Program-made: the position numbers and the translations under genes | Source: Adineta vaga | Lineage: Eukaryota > Animalia > Rotifera | Direction: 5' to 3' | Length of the DNA: 64,000 bases | Assembly (NCBI GenBank): GCA_021613535.1 | Contig: CP075493.1 | Coordinates: 14,942,001 to 15,006,000, forward strand | The notes under the pieces: generated by a model | What the model saw: the letters and a program-made list of their open reading frames with translations, nothing else | Told to the model about the DNA's origin: nothing | The model's database searches: none | Shown: positions 26,473 to 39,642 of the stretch, in pieces | How positions within the stretch are numbered: the stretch's first letter is position 1 | Layout: the number at the start of each line of letters is the position of its first letter

Positions 26473-26812
26473 GAGCCCCCTCCGTACCCTCAAAAATCAA
26501 ACTCGGTGCAGGAAAGTTCAAATGAGCTGGGAATTGGAGCATATGTTAATGCTAAATTGAGGAGTCTGTGGTAAACATTTCAGCTCGATATCACCTTGTT
26601 TTCTAGAAATATCAGTCAAACAAGGGTTTGGAAATAGCTCATTTTGCTTCCAAGATTTCTCGGTCCAGAGCCACGGTTCAATTTTTTTTTGTTAGAAAGA
26701 GCATGTTAGAGTTTAAGACACCCACAGAGTCCTTTTTGTTTTAAATTCTTACTTTTTTATTGAAAACAAGGCATCATAAGTTCAACGACCAAGAAAAATG
26801 GGTGTCTAATCA
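26473..26812. mobile_element. Putative non-autonomous DNA transposon fragment
   Basis: Homology between the upstream regions of GPCR copies 3 and 4 ends at ~26472. A GC-richer segment follows, with GACACCCA/TGGGTGTC inverted motifs. No clear TSD. Confidence 0.35.
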
Positions 26813-27963
26813 TATAAATGTCTGCATCTTCTCATTTTGAGGGTGTTGATCTCCCTCCTATATATTCAGACCCATTCCCCCCCCCCCCCCGCTCTATCTA
26901 TATCTGCGGTATAAATTATGTATGATATAACGTGATCTATTTATTTTCGAATTCGTATATTGAGTGTGATTAAAATGAATTAGAAAATAAATCGATCAAG
27001 ATAAATTTGTATACTAGCTATGTATATATGGTTAGATAACTTTGAAAAGTCGTAATAATTAAGTAGAAATTCGAGATCTCGCTCTCATTCACTCATTTCG
27101 TGAAATATACCATTATTATATTTACGGAATTCGCAATTTTTTCACTTTGATGGATGAAATAATAATACATAAGCATGACTTTTACTATTTAGAAATTTGA
27201 ATTTAGGTTTGGGTCATATTTGATCGTATATCAAATAAATATGAATGTCATATACTCTCTGAATATAAAATAATTCTTTATCGATAATGAAATCTGCATG
27301 TGACACACACTTCTAAATTGCATTCTAAGCTCATTTTTGAAGAAATATTTTTGTACAAATACTTGTCAAAAGACGATTACCTGTGACTGTATTAAAGATG
27401 ACGAATCTAGAATTAAAAATGGTATTACATAATGAGAAAATAAAGTAGATCTGAGTATTTTTCAAAATTTGAAGTTACTTATGTAAATCATTATACTGAA
27501 GAAACAGGATAAGAAATTCTAACTTTTGTCAAATTAAAAGACAGAAAAAAACCCTTTCATTTGATCAAAGCTGAAAAGTAAATGAAGATGAAAACTAATC
27601 TTCTTGTTAATATAAAATAAGTGTTCCTGACAAGTAAAAGAATACTGACAAATATGTGCGTCATCAACATAAACTGCTTAAAGGATGTTTCAATACGAAT
27701 TTATAAAATAAATTAAATCTTCTAAATAAAGAGGAAGAAACAAGTCTTTTTTCAGCTATATAACAAGATTTCAAACATAACGAGAGTTTAGGAAGTACAA
27801 TAAATTTAGAGGCAAGATTTGAAAATAATGAAATTAATCTCTAGTATTAGTACCAATAGTCTATTGATGAATTCTAGAAATCATTTTCCACCATGTGTAA
27901 CTTAACTTTACTTTATTACAAAATATTTATCCAAGATGACGATCTTTATTAGTGAATGAAATA

Positions 27964-28261
27964 TTAACCCTTTGGTTGCGTGTTTTAAAGTATGATACTC
28001 GCTTCAAAACAACCTACCACACTGATAACGTGTTTTCTTACACTATTTCCTGCTGTTCTTGCTGGAACTAGGGAGAATGTAAGAGACTACACATACACGT
28101 ATAGTAGTGCGAGATAATGACGATGATGTAGTAATGTTCTCAAGAAAAAAGAAAAAAATAGGAGTTCTTTGGAAAGAATCTAAAGGATATTGTAATGATG
28201 ATAATATCTGGAAAACTTCAAAACATATATATGTATATGTGATTCGTAACCAAGAGATTAT
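27964..28261. mobile_element. Degenerate piggyBac-like MITE
   Basis: TTAA-CCCTTTGGTTGCG ... CGTAACCAAGAGA-TTAT imperfect TIR with TTAA at the left end. Confidence 0.45.
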
Positions 28262-29029
28262 ATGAAAATAACGACGTATATTTCTTTTTTATTAGAAAAT
28301 TTTATTAATATAAAATACTGGTTCAATATTATTTTGGTCTTATAGAATATTCTGACACAGGAAAAGAGTATTAAGTCAGTAGGAAATTAAAATGTCAGCA
28401 TCGAGTTTATCTTTAAAAAAAGGAACAAAAATTAAAAGCTATGAAAATGTATGAAAAAAATTTCAATCGTTAAAGAAATTCATTTTCAATATAGATTTTA
28501 TTATATTCACTGATAAAGAGAATAATATGAACGATTATTCAAAAATTTTACTTTATTCTAACAACTAATTTATTCTCTCTAAAGTTAAAGTAACAAACAA
28601 ATATAAATAAAATACTTGAAAAAGAATAACGAAAATAATCTCTTTTTCTTTTTGAAATCAAAAGCAATATGATAAACTCAAAGATGAGATGAAAAGAGAA
28701 ACGAGTATCATCTTATCATAATGATGAATACATATAGAATATTTCTTCATATATATAAACAAACAACTTTCATATGACATTTGGTTACATAGAAATTGTT
28801 TTTTCTTTAAATCTGTGTAAAAGTACAAACGAGTTGATTTAATCTCATAAGAAAAAAGAGATTAGAAGATAAGATTCTATAAGGACAAATAAATCAATAA
28901 GTTTTTTTCAGAATAAAATTCAAAACGATTGAACTACAGATGTAGAAAATATGAAAAATGTTATTTTCAATTACTAATTATCTAATAGAGCATAAGCATA
29001 TTATCAACAATCGCATCAAATTTTTATTG

Positions 29030-29298
29030 CGGGTGTGCGTGGGAGTGTGGTGTTTGAGGGTGGATGATGATATGAGTGAGAGAAGAAGTATTAGTATCCC
29101 CATCCCCATATCCTCAACTTCATCCCACATTCTCACCTTTCCGTTTCACCCCCTCCCGTCACAAAAACCCGATGCTTCGAGCCTATCACATTGTCCAATC
29201 ATCTTCGTAAGACACAACTTCACAACCACCTGATGATACTTTTGAGCGAAGTTGAAACACGTTGTAATTTGCTTGACTCACCTACACACCCTCAAGAT
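29030..29298. repeat. Telomere-like-arm/hammerhead element, copy 2
   Basis: Near-identical to 18593-18879. Hammerhead-like core at 29224-29269; right end CACCTACACACCCTCAAGAT. Confidence 0.7.
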
Positions 29299-29673
29299 TA
29301 ACAACTGCATGATAAATGAATCGAGTTAACAACAATTCTATTTAACTGTTTTGTTATTTGACTGAAAAAACTTTCAGATAGTTATATGAACAAAGATCGC
29401 ATGACTAATGTATTATTGTAATAACGCTCCTACTCAACTATTTTTTATTTGAGAGACTTTACATAATAATGTGAAAAAAACAAGACAATATGATACGATG
29501 CTTATTTCACGTGAAGTAACAAGAATCTATTTCGCCGAAAACAAGAGCAAATCAAGAACGATGTGAATTTCATACTAAGATATGTGTAAAAAGTTTATTT
29601 CTAATGGAATACAATACTTAAGAAGGATATGAATATAATTAGAGTTAACGAACACCAATTAGAGATGAATAAA

Positions 29674-30817
29674 TTAATCTCTTTTTGATGGTCTTATTAC
29701 ATTGTCAGTCGTGACCATATTCGTTCTTCGTTGACATCTGAACAGATTTGCTAATTCTCGACGAAACAAAGGACTTGATAATGTAAATAAATAAAAACTT
29801 GTACATGCAGCTGTAATTGATAATAAACCACTAATATTAATAAATAACCCATCTTTAGCAGCTTGTAGTGCATCTGATACTACATCGATTCTCACTGCTA
29901 CATAAATATATAAAACTGAGACAGGTGTTGATAACAAACTAAAATAAAGACACTGAATAAGCATCATTCGAGTCAATTGTCGATCCGTTGTTTTTCGACG
30001 TGCCAACCGATTTTGTATATGTGCAACACATTCATTTGAAGTTTGTAGTTGGATATTTTCCGCACCAGTTCTTCTTAATGACGCGTGAATATGTCGAATA
30101 GTGAGTAAGCCAAAAATGAGCATGCATAACGATGGACCCAAACTGAATATCAATAAATTCCAAATCCCATTAAAAAGTGGATACGTAGTTTGAGTTCCAG
30201 GACATTTGACATTTGTTTGAATGTTTTCAAATCGAACTGGAACATAAAGATAAAATAATCCAACAACTACAATAACGAACACAATCGCCCGGTGTGTCAT
30301 ACGAAGATTACTCCATTCTCGCACACTTTTGGATGTTGAACTGCATAGAAATCTGTAAGAAGTAAAAAGAATATTTTTCAAACTATGCATAAACGAGAAG
30401 ATATTTACCGATCGATTGACGCGAGAACAATAAACCAAGATGTATTACATCTACAATGAGAAGAATAGAAAATTCTTTTCTACAAAGATCAAATTCTTAC
30501 CTGGAACAATAGACAATAAACGAAAGTATTTTACATGATGCAGTTGAATATCCGAATGGATTGTAATTTGAATAGATAAGTTGGAGCAGACGAAGTAAAA
30601 CATTGACATAAGTACAAAATATTCCACTGATAGTTGCTGCTAAAAAGTAACGAGCACATGTATTGGAACGTAGAGTTGGACGGGTAAATACATAAACATT
30701 CAATGCATTACCAACAGTTCCAAGCAAGATCAATGAATATGACCAAAGTTGATAAAAAATAAGATTCGCATTGATTAATGCATTGATTTCAGCACGACTC
30801 ACATTTGATAAGGACAT
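29674..30817 (-). CDS. Class A GPCR tandem copy 4
   Basis: Same 3-exon structure; frame intact; mosaic similarity to copies 1-3. Confidence 0.85.
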
Positions 30818-32139
30818 TTTATGACTAGAAAATAAAGTGTAGATTTGTTCATCAGAAAATCTTACAAAAATTCTGTTGTATTTATATCAAATCGTAGTAA
30901 TTAGTATGTTTCAAGGACCTCATTCTGCTTTGTAGAAGATTGCATTTAATAGCTAATTATAAATAGCAATAAAAAAACATTTGTCAATCGGTATGACGAA
31001 CTTGTAATAGTTATTTAAAAATACACGTAGAAAATTTAGTTTGCTGTATTTAGACAGAACGTCATATACTTTTTACTTTGGTATAACATAATCCACTCTA
31101 TCGAACTATATACTTTTATCTTTATTTAGAATAACAGACTACACTTTTCTCTATTAACCTGTGTATTTTTCATTCTGTTTATGTATTCAGTTTCACAATA
31201 AGCTTGACAAATTTTCCAAGTCGAAGCTATGATCTTTTCTGTAGATGATTTTTGAATTTCTCTTCAAATTTTAGTTACTTTAGCGTTTAGACCTTCTTCC
31301 TTAATATATAAGATGTAGCTGAATAAAACGCTTGCTTCATTATTGTTTTATGTACTTTTAATTAGACTAACGATCGATTTTACAGATGAATTTTTGAAAA
31401 AACTTTTATAAAGCCGGATTTTGATAAGTACAAAAATGAGCTAAATCTTATTAATAAAATATAATTTTCTTCTCAGTATATTCAATTACTTTTGCTTGAC
31501 GTGTTTTTTTTTTTTCATTTAAAGCAATTTTCATCATCGATGGCTTCGATCAGAGTGAATATGAGTATGCAAAAGTTCCGACTCAAAACCTCTCAAATAC
31601 TATTAAACTTTTGAACAAACTGCAAAATAGAAAGTATATGAAATTCTTTTCTCGAAATACAACAAACTAAATAAAATGGTCAAAATCAACGTGATTATGC
31701 TGTATAGTTTCGTTCCAACGTAAGATATGAAAAATCATGATCTTATCGATGCTAGTAAATCAATCTACTATTTGAAATATATAAAATTGATTTATTACCT
31801 ATCTTTGTTTATGTTTGTTTTAAGAAAAAAAATTGAACACGTAACGTATTTACTTTCCACTAAATTCTGTGCACAATAAAATGCTCTATGATAATATTAA
31901 CATATGAATGCGATAGCACACACATCTGTTGCGATACATCTAATGAACATGTCAAAGTAGAGGAACAGGAAATTGACTGACTTAGACAAAGATATTATAA
32001 CATGGAGAGAGAAAAGAAAGTAATTAAATTGGATTATGGTGTCAAACACGTATGCATATTACCATCTACTTTTTTTAGCATTTGAAATTAAAAAATAAAT
32101 TATCATCTGTACTAAATATATTACGTTTAATTACATATT

Positions 32140-32470
32140 CTAATAGAATTGATCAAATTCAGAAAAAATTAAAATAAACTGTAATACAAAATGTTGGGTT
32201 TATCATTCGATTTTCCATTGGAACAAAGAACGTCTATTATTTTAAATTCATGTCAGAAATTTCAAACAATTTGTCGTAAACAACATATGGAAATGTAAAT
32301 GAATGTATTTCTATACTTTTTTATACGCAATTGTACAAGAGATATCTTTCATATGACAAATCAATCGTTCCAAATGATATCTGTATTAATGAACCTTGTA
32401 CTAGATCATAATTCTAATGTCATTTCCAGTGATTAACGAACTCCTTTGAATATTTGCCAAGATCTTTATT
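32140..32470 (+). pseudogene. Decayed, internally deleted paralog of the last exon of the 32924-34997 gene
   Basis: ATTGATCAAATTCAGAA, TTCGATTTTCCATTGGAACA and TTCAAACAATTTGTC are collinear with 34246-34725, with stops and deletions. Confidence 0.75.
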
Positions 32471-32751
32471 GACATCGTATATATATAATAAAGTTTCAGC
32501 ATAGAAAAAAGAACAAATATCACCTGTTTGAAATACTTTAAAAACAAAATTTATGATATCCATAAATCGTTACAGACAACTGTATATTTTTGCAAGTTTT
32601 TATTACTGATTCTTTCTGATAATATATCTCGAAGATCTCATAAAAATGTTTGAGATCTTTATCTTTACAAAATAAGTATTTGTCCTTCGAAAGAAGTCAT
32701 TATCTTCAGTAACCTTTTGAAATATAATAATATATTAGAGATCAGCAGCCT

Positions 32752-32761
32752 GTCACGTGAC
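32752..32761. promoter_or_regulatory. Perfect palindromic E-box/CLEAR motif GTCACGTGAC upstream of TATA (32841)
   Basis: Exact 10-mer ~80 bp upstream of TATAAAA and ~165 bp upstream of ATG 32924. Confidence 0.45.
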
Positions 32762-32923
32762 GTAAAAATATACATATATATATATATGCTTTTCTCTATT
32801 AGATAGATTTATCTATTTTTCTAGGCTTTGCAATCAGAAGTATAAAAAGGCAAAACTTTTTGTGAAAGTTGACTGATTGTGACAAAAACAAGTATATAAT
32901 TCCTTAACTAGTTTAGTCTTTAT

Positions 32924-34997
32924 ATGGCTGAATCTGCCGAGACAAATATTCGAAATGAAAATCAATTCGAACTACAAGATATGACGATGACAGATGTTCA
33001 ACAACAATTCGTTACCTACACAACGTTGAAGCAAAAAAAGTGAATATTATTCTATAATTATATTGATCACACAGCTGACATGTTTATCTACATGTTTAGA
33101 TCACCAAGAACACGTTTTTCGTTTATATTTCAAAGGAAAATCTTATGGACATTGTTGTCAGTATTTCTGATTGTTAGTGTTTCCACTGCAGTGTGGATCT
33201 CTCGTCATACGATGAGTCAGAAGGAAAATAATATGATGGTCATACAAGAACAAGGTAAAATAGATCGATACATATAATGTGATAATTTGAATGAAAAAGA
33301 ATCGATAGAGATGGATGATGAACTGCCTCAATTACGATCATATAGATACAATGATGTGAGTATATATTCAACTTAGTGATATATCATGTTTATGTATTGG
33401 AATAGAAATCTGAAGAAGATGATGATATTGGTTATTTGAATGTTTTTATTCGTAAAGATGCTGATGACAGAAGTCGTCGACCGGAAAGATTTAGGTTTCC
33501 TGCTGCTCGTTATGATCGTCGACGAATTCGTATGCTATGAACTTGATTAGAATCATTTTATACAGATCATATCTTCTTTTTCTTCTTCTTTTATAGCTGT
33601 CAATGGTCCTTTCTTTCATTTCATGCCACGAATTCCAATCTTTGCTGATCGACTTACAAAACAAACACTCATTTTTTCAACATCAGGAGGCGGTACTTAC
33701 TTCATTTTTTAGAAAAATGAATTCACTCTCCTTATTCACATTTGTAGTGTACATCCTACCGCCATTGGTGAATAACTATGGTAAACTCTTCTCAGTTGCA
33801 GAACTCATAGCTTCAGGTTACGCTAGTCTGGTTAGCAGTGGTGTCTCACCAACTGGTCCTATCAATATGGTTCCGTTTTTTCAACCAACACCATGTTCGT
33901 ATTATTTCTTTTCGAAATCTTCTAAAATTGAATTTCATTTTGTTATTTGATAGTAATTGGTCCAAATATTCCAGTATTACGTCCTCGTCATGGTGGCTTC
34001 GTTGGTGGTATTCGTACGAAACTGGAATCTATATCCATTCCTAAAGATTATTACAGACCATCAAATCTATATTCTACAATTGACGAAATGAACGACGACG
34101 AAAGTGAATATGAGGATGACAACGATCACTATCGGCCATCTCATTCATACAATCGACCTACACGAAAACCAAGTATATTATATCAAATTCAATTCTTATA
34201 TTTCATATTTCATTTTAGGCACAACTACATCATATCCTAATAATATTGATCAAATTCAGAAGAAATTAAAAAAATCTACAGAAAATATTGTGCAAACATT
34301 CAGACAAGGTATCTGTGCAGAAATGATTTTGAATTCCACTGTACGTGATCAATATATATCAAAGAATTTAATTGGTCGTGTTCTACCTCTCGGAACATTT
34401 TCATCAACAGAATTGGCAGTAGAATATTTATATGGAATTCTATGTACTATACCAAATCTACCACCACGAACAAATTTATTTGATACAGTAGATATAATAC
34501 ATTTGACATATGATGCCAAATACTACCGAGTATCATTTAAAATCCAAGTCAATTTTATATCGAAAAAAAGACTGTTTTTTTTCGGAATATTTGCTTTCGC
34601 GAAAGATATGAAATTATGTGGATATGAAGCTGTGATACAAAATGCTGGTTTAACATTCGATTTTCCATTGGAACAGAGAACGTTTGTTATTTCAAGTCTA
34701 TGTCAAGGAGTTCAAACAATTTGTCCAGTTGGTTCATCAAATGAACAATATGCAAGTGTAAGTGAATGTATTTCATTTCTTAGTGAACCACAAACGCCAT
34801 TTGGAACATATGATCGAGGTGATCAAAATAATGTTATTTGTCGAACAATTCATCTTTCACTGGCATCAATTGCACCTGATATTCACTGTCCACATGTGGG
34901 GAAAACAGGTGGTGGTGCTTGTACAAACAAAACACCAGAATCCTATTTTGAAGGAACATCTGATTTTGTCAGTTGTGCATATCAGTATCAAAAATGA
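32924..34997 (+). CDS. Multi-exon type II membrane protein with C-terminal Cys-rich domain (CRTIH...HCPHVGKTGGGAC)
   Basis: ATG 32924; TM ILWTLLSVFLIVSVSTAVWI; several short exons; long last exon ~34220-34997. The C-terminal motif resembles fungal/myxobacterial secreted proteins (from recall). Confidence 0.65.
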
Positions 34998-35085
34998 GAA
35001 TTTGAATGAACATTCCAAGAATCTTTTTCTATAACATTCATTATTTTGAGGGAATACGATTGTTGATATTTCAATAAAATGGACA

Positions 35086-35140
35086 TTCTTTGAGAGTGGG
35101 ATTGATGCGTAAATATGCCGTACCTACACTCCTCAAGAAT
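35086..35140. repeat. Short palindromic element with telomere-like arms
   Basis: ATTCTTTGAGAGTGGG ... CCTACACTCCTCAAGAAT, ~90 bp after the stop codon at 34997. Confidence 0.65.
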
Positions 35141-35486
35141 CATTCCATGAAAAGTAAGTGAAAAAAAGCCCATGAGAGAGACGCATTCATTAATTAATCA
35201 TATCTACTTCTTTTGTTTCTCAAGAACGAGAAAAAGAAATTTTCCTAGCATAAATGATGATATATGTCATATTCTATTTCTATCGTCTGTTCAATCCATA
35301 TCTCATATTTTCAAGATCACAAATCATTATGCACGCAAAACAGATCTTGCGAAATGATGTATACTATTTTCATGGTTTCAGAAATAGAATAAAACGCGTG
35401 ATTTTACGTTTGATTTATTTCCTTAATGGAAAAAGAAAAACATACAATGATGGATGATGCTTCTTTTGTTCGTTTAAAACGTCCGA

Positions 35487-36500
35487 TCATGTTCTAGCTG
35501 TTCTACCACCTTGTGTACGTGTTATTCCTGTTGTTGTTGGATTGACTTGTCGTGTCTGTTGCCAACAAAATAACATCATTCGGAATTTCTTTCGGAGCTC
35601 AGGTAATGATAAACAACATACGAATGGAAAAACGAATACAACGTAATAATACAGAAATCCTGTATATACTAATGCAACACCTGCAATATCCGATGGTAAA
35701 CCATATTGATAGCCAAAAATGACTAAAACCCAAGGTGCATTGAATACAATATAAATAGTTGATATTGATAATAACTGTATAATCATTTTTCGATGTTTTC
35801 GCCAATTGATACTTTGTTGTAATCGACGTTTTTGCCAGATTGAACGTACTAACAATCCCATGCTGAAGAATACAATAACTAACGTTGGTACAACTTGATG
35901 AAAGTTAAGATCCCACATTCCCAATACTGTATGATCGAACACACAAGGTATATGAATACCACCAGCTAAAAATGGTTCAAATGAGCTTGTACAAAATTGA
36001 ACAAAATGAACGATAGCAAAGTAGATGAGATAGTAAACAATGATGATGATGACTGGTAAATAATGAACAAGAAATCGTTTTTTTCTAGTTGAAACCCATT
36101 GATCATGAAAGATTAGTATATGTCTTTCAATTGTTGCCCAAGCAAATAATTCAATTTGTAATGAATAAAATGAATAGTTGATATATGTCCAAAAGTAATA
36201 GAAAATATTTGATCTAAACAAAGGTGCACCATTGTAATCATTGTAAAGAATCCATGGAATATTTGTTGTTTCATAGAAGAGACCAAGAAAAAGTAAAACA
36301 ATGATGACATGATTATTTAATGCATGGTAAAGTGTTCGATCAGAAAGAAGAAAAAACAGATCGAACAAAGTGCAAACAAGAGATAATATGTTCGATATAA
36401 GATAAGCCAGAAATCGAACTGAATGTACCATAGACTGAATTGACTGAGCAGCATCAATTGGTATTGTTGTATTTAAATTCGTAGTGATATTTGAAAGCAT
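35487..36500 (-). CDS. Class A GPCR, intronless
   Basis: 337 aa with seven hydrophobic helices, WATIERH (DRY-like), FPFVCCLSLPELR. Confidence 0.85.
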   Translation of the reverse strand: MLSNITTNLNTTIPIDAAQSIQSMVHSVRFLAYLISNILSLVCTLFDLFFLLSDRTLYHALNNHVIIVLLFLGLFYETTNIPWILYNDYNGAPLFRSNIFYYFWTYINYSFYSLQIELFAWATIERHILIFHDQWVSTRKKRFLVHYLPVIIIIVYYLIYFAIVHFVQFCTSSFEPFLAGGIHIPCVFDHTVLGMWDLNFHQVVPTLVIVFFSMGLLVRSIWQKRRLQQSINWRKHRKMIIQLLSISTIYIVFNAPWVLVIFGYQYGLPSDIAGVALVYTGFLYYYVVFVFPFVCCLSLPELRKKFRMMLFCWQQTRQVNPTTTGITRTQGGRTART

Positions 36501-37149
36501 TCTTTTTAAGACGAGTGAAGAGTTTGAGTATTTTAATAATGAGAATTACAAATGAACTTCTATGGTGATGGAAAAAAAAGAATTAATAAAAGAAAAATAT
36601 CACATCAAGATGGTATATAATAGTTTTTTTTCATTTTTCAACATTTGATTGGTTTACTTTGTATATGGAGGCGGAAGCTCAGCCGCCTCTGTCATCATGA
36701 CAGACATGTAGATTTCAGATTTTTAAACACTGTCAGTATTGAACAGAAGCTCTTAGCTCTTTTCTAATCTAAAATCTTATTACGTACCGAAGTATAAAAG
36801 CTACATTGGAAAAAAGATATTCATCTCACTTGTTTCATTCGTAAATCTGTGAACGTTGTCGATCCGGAACAAGATTACTGAATTATCAAATGTATGTCCT
36901 AAAAAGAAAAATGTTCACTCCTTAATTGTTTTTTTTTCTTCAGCAAATCGAAATAGAGTGTGAGTGTACTTTTCTCAAATGCATCTGATAATTCAACACA
37001 ACAACATGGAGCAAATTTTTAGCGTTTCAATGCTATTATATCTCGTCCTTCATCCCACAGTTAGTATTAAATGACAGGACTAGACTCTTCGTTTTTGTGT
37101 GTTTGTAACTTATTTTCGTTATATTATTCGAGATTATGCAATAAACGTT

Positions 37150-37512
37150 TTCGATAATCTTATTCTCTTGTCACTAAAACAACATCCATGACAAGAAATA
37201 CCAAGCCATTCGCATTCAACTGGTAATTTTAATCCACCTTGTAACTAAAATTGAATAGCTTCAGCATTTTTTTCGTAAATATCACCTACACCATCATGAC
37301 TGATTATTTTCTCATCGGCTGATCGAATAACTATAGAGTTGGAATACCATCCACAATGAGTTTTTCAATCTGAAAATATATACGAAGGATTAAAACAATT
37401 GATAGTTCGATAATTACTTAAATCACTTGTTAGTATTCGACGATATGATTCGTCATATTCATTGTTAGGATTCATTTCGAGTAATTTGATATCTTTTAGA
37501 TCAACCACCATT
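37150..37512 (-). pseudogene. Relic of a nucleoredoxin/tryparedoxin-like gene
   Basis: Broken frames give VDGIPTL..IRSADEKIISHDGVGDIYEKNAEAIQF*...EWLG.(S)CHGC, with stops and frameshifts. Confidence 0.4.
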
Positions 37513-37703
37513 TTCTGTATAAACCGTAATGAAAACGTGAAATATCAGTTATTTTATATAGAATTTCATGCAAAACGAAAAAAAAACAAACAAACAACGC
37601 TTACATATGAAGAATGAGTCATAATGAATGCGTATTTTTCCTTGTCAAAAATGAATCATGTCATGACTGTATAGACCATTTCAAAATGAGATATGATTTA
37701 TTA

Positions 37704-37730
37704 AATAATAATAATAATAATAATAATAAT
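37704..37730. repeat. (AAT)n microsatellite
   Basis: About 9 AAT units directly downstream of the C1A stop. Confidence 0.9.
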
Positions 37731-37740
37731 ATCAATATTA

Positions 37741-38674
37741 CTATACAACTAACTGAAGTACGCTAGGTAATTTATTTGATCGTGGTATTATTTGTAAAAT
37801 AGTCCATAAATTATCTTTATAATTAACACGCCGACGATTATATATAAAAGTATATGGCATATAGAAATAACCTCTATCACCCTAAAAAAATGACTTCATA
37901 GATAAAGCAGAACTATATAGAATTTCATTTACCCAATTTTCTCCCCAAGAATTCCGTACGATGAAATGTTGAGCCGATCGATCATAACCGACAATAACAA
38001 CAGTATGAAAAGCATTTCTATCAATAAATCGATCATGAAGAAGATGCTCTACTAAAAATCCATTATTCATTTGAATATTAATTGCAGTATCATTATCAAG
38101 TATAATATCAATAGGTACTGGTATACCATTATGTAAACATGTTTCAATAGCGAGAATATCAATTGGAACACGAAGTAAAATAACTGTAGAATTCATTGCT
38201 TCTTCATATGCATCATGGGATGGTTGATGATTTAGAAACCGTTTACTGTATGGCCAACGATATTCTTCACAAACTCCATAGTTTCGAATACTTAATGCAA
38301 TATCTCTTTGATTAACACCTAAATCTTTCATCTTAAATCCATATTGTGTTCGTATTTGACCATTATAATTAATGAATAAACGAGATACATCAATATGATA
38401 ACCCGTTGTACGTTTAATTAAATATTCATAGATACCTGCAAATGCATTAGCACAACTGAAAAGAAAAAGATCAAATTATTGTAGATTATTAAATAAATAT
38501 TTACCAAGTGTTCATATCTTGTTGATATTCAACTGGTGTCATAAATGGTCGTAGATCAACTTTGGGTAATAGCGATGGATTTGGAAATGAATAAAGTCGT
38601 TGTAAATCACGATGTTCATCTCGTATATTGGTAAAATATTCATTTGTATACGTCAGATAATCATTCCATATCAT
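37741..38674 (-). CDS. Papain-family (C1A) cysteine peptidase, bacterial type, 3 exons
   Basis: LPKVDLR, QQDMNTC|CANA (Gln/Cys), SRLFINYN, FHTVVIVGYD (His), RNSWG (Asn), W|GDRGYFYMPY. No signal peptide or I29 prodomain. Confidence 0.85.
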
Positions 38675-39361
38675 TATTTTCCTATGTTTAAGATTGATGA
38701 AAAAAATAAGAAGGTATCTATCTCTTTATATTGTCCTTCAAAGTGAGAAAATAGATGTTATAGTCATGATTACCTTTTTTTTTATTGAATTTTTGCAATA
38801 TAAAAATCAGAGAGTGAATATGATGCACGTTATATGATGCAATTACATAAATTAATTACCCACTATTTTATGACATATTTTTCTTCTCTTCAACTTCTAA
38901 TTGAAACATACACACACACACATGCAAAGGTGAACAAACTGATTTCTATGATTTCATGATTTCTATGAATTCAAATGATTTCATGATTTGAAATAAGTTT
39001 GTTTCATCTTGCATAGATACAATATTTTAGCTATTGTATTAAACATACATGTATAGTAGATGAACAGGGACACTTATTTATTGTTCATAAAGGCCGTTTT
39101 CTTATTGTCATATTGAAATGTTAAGAAGAAGATTTCTTGAGGGTGAGTGTGAATACTTCCCTTTATCTCGCACTCTATTTTTGCTAGATTATCTAAAACT
39201 TAATTTTCAAGCTTCTTTACATTATTTTGAATTCACGTTGGTAACAAAAATGCTCGTTTTATCGTTCTATGTCTGTCGTCTATAGCTTTTGCACATCATT
39301 GATCGATATCCGGTCAAGCATAAATCGCGAAATACTTCGAAAAAACTCAATGTTTCGAACA

Positions 39362-39424
39362 TTCTGAGAGTGGATGAGGATTTGTACGTGAAGCAGAAGA
39401 GCACCCACACCCACCCCTCAAGAT
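39362..39424. repeat. Short palindromic element with telomere-like arms
   Basis: TTCTGAGAGTGGATGAGG ... CACCCACACCCACCCCTCAAGAT; a half-site TTCTTGAGGGTGAGTGTG also occurs at 39134. Confidence 0.7.
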
Positions 39425-39642
39425 AATAAAGTAAGTTCTTCTCTGAAATAATTCATTTTTTTTATTTCCATGTCGACTTTCTTCCATAGACCCTGAAACC
39501 ATTAGATATACGACGGAATCAAGTAGGAAAAACATAGTGTATGTTAAGTGAGAAAGAAATTTATTGACTTAGAATTCAGACTATTATAAAAATTCAATTT
39601 TTTTTTATTTCACGTAAACGAAATAGTTGAGTTTGAGTTGCT

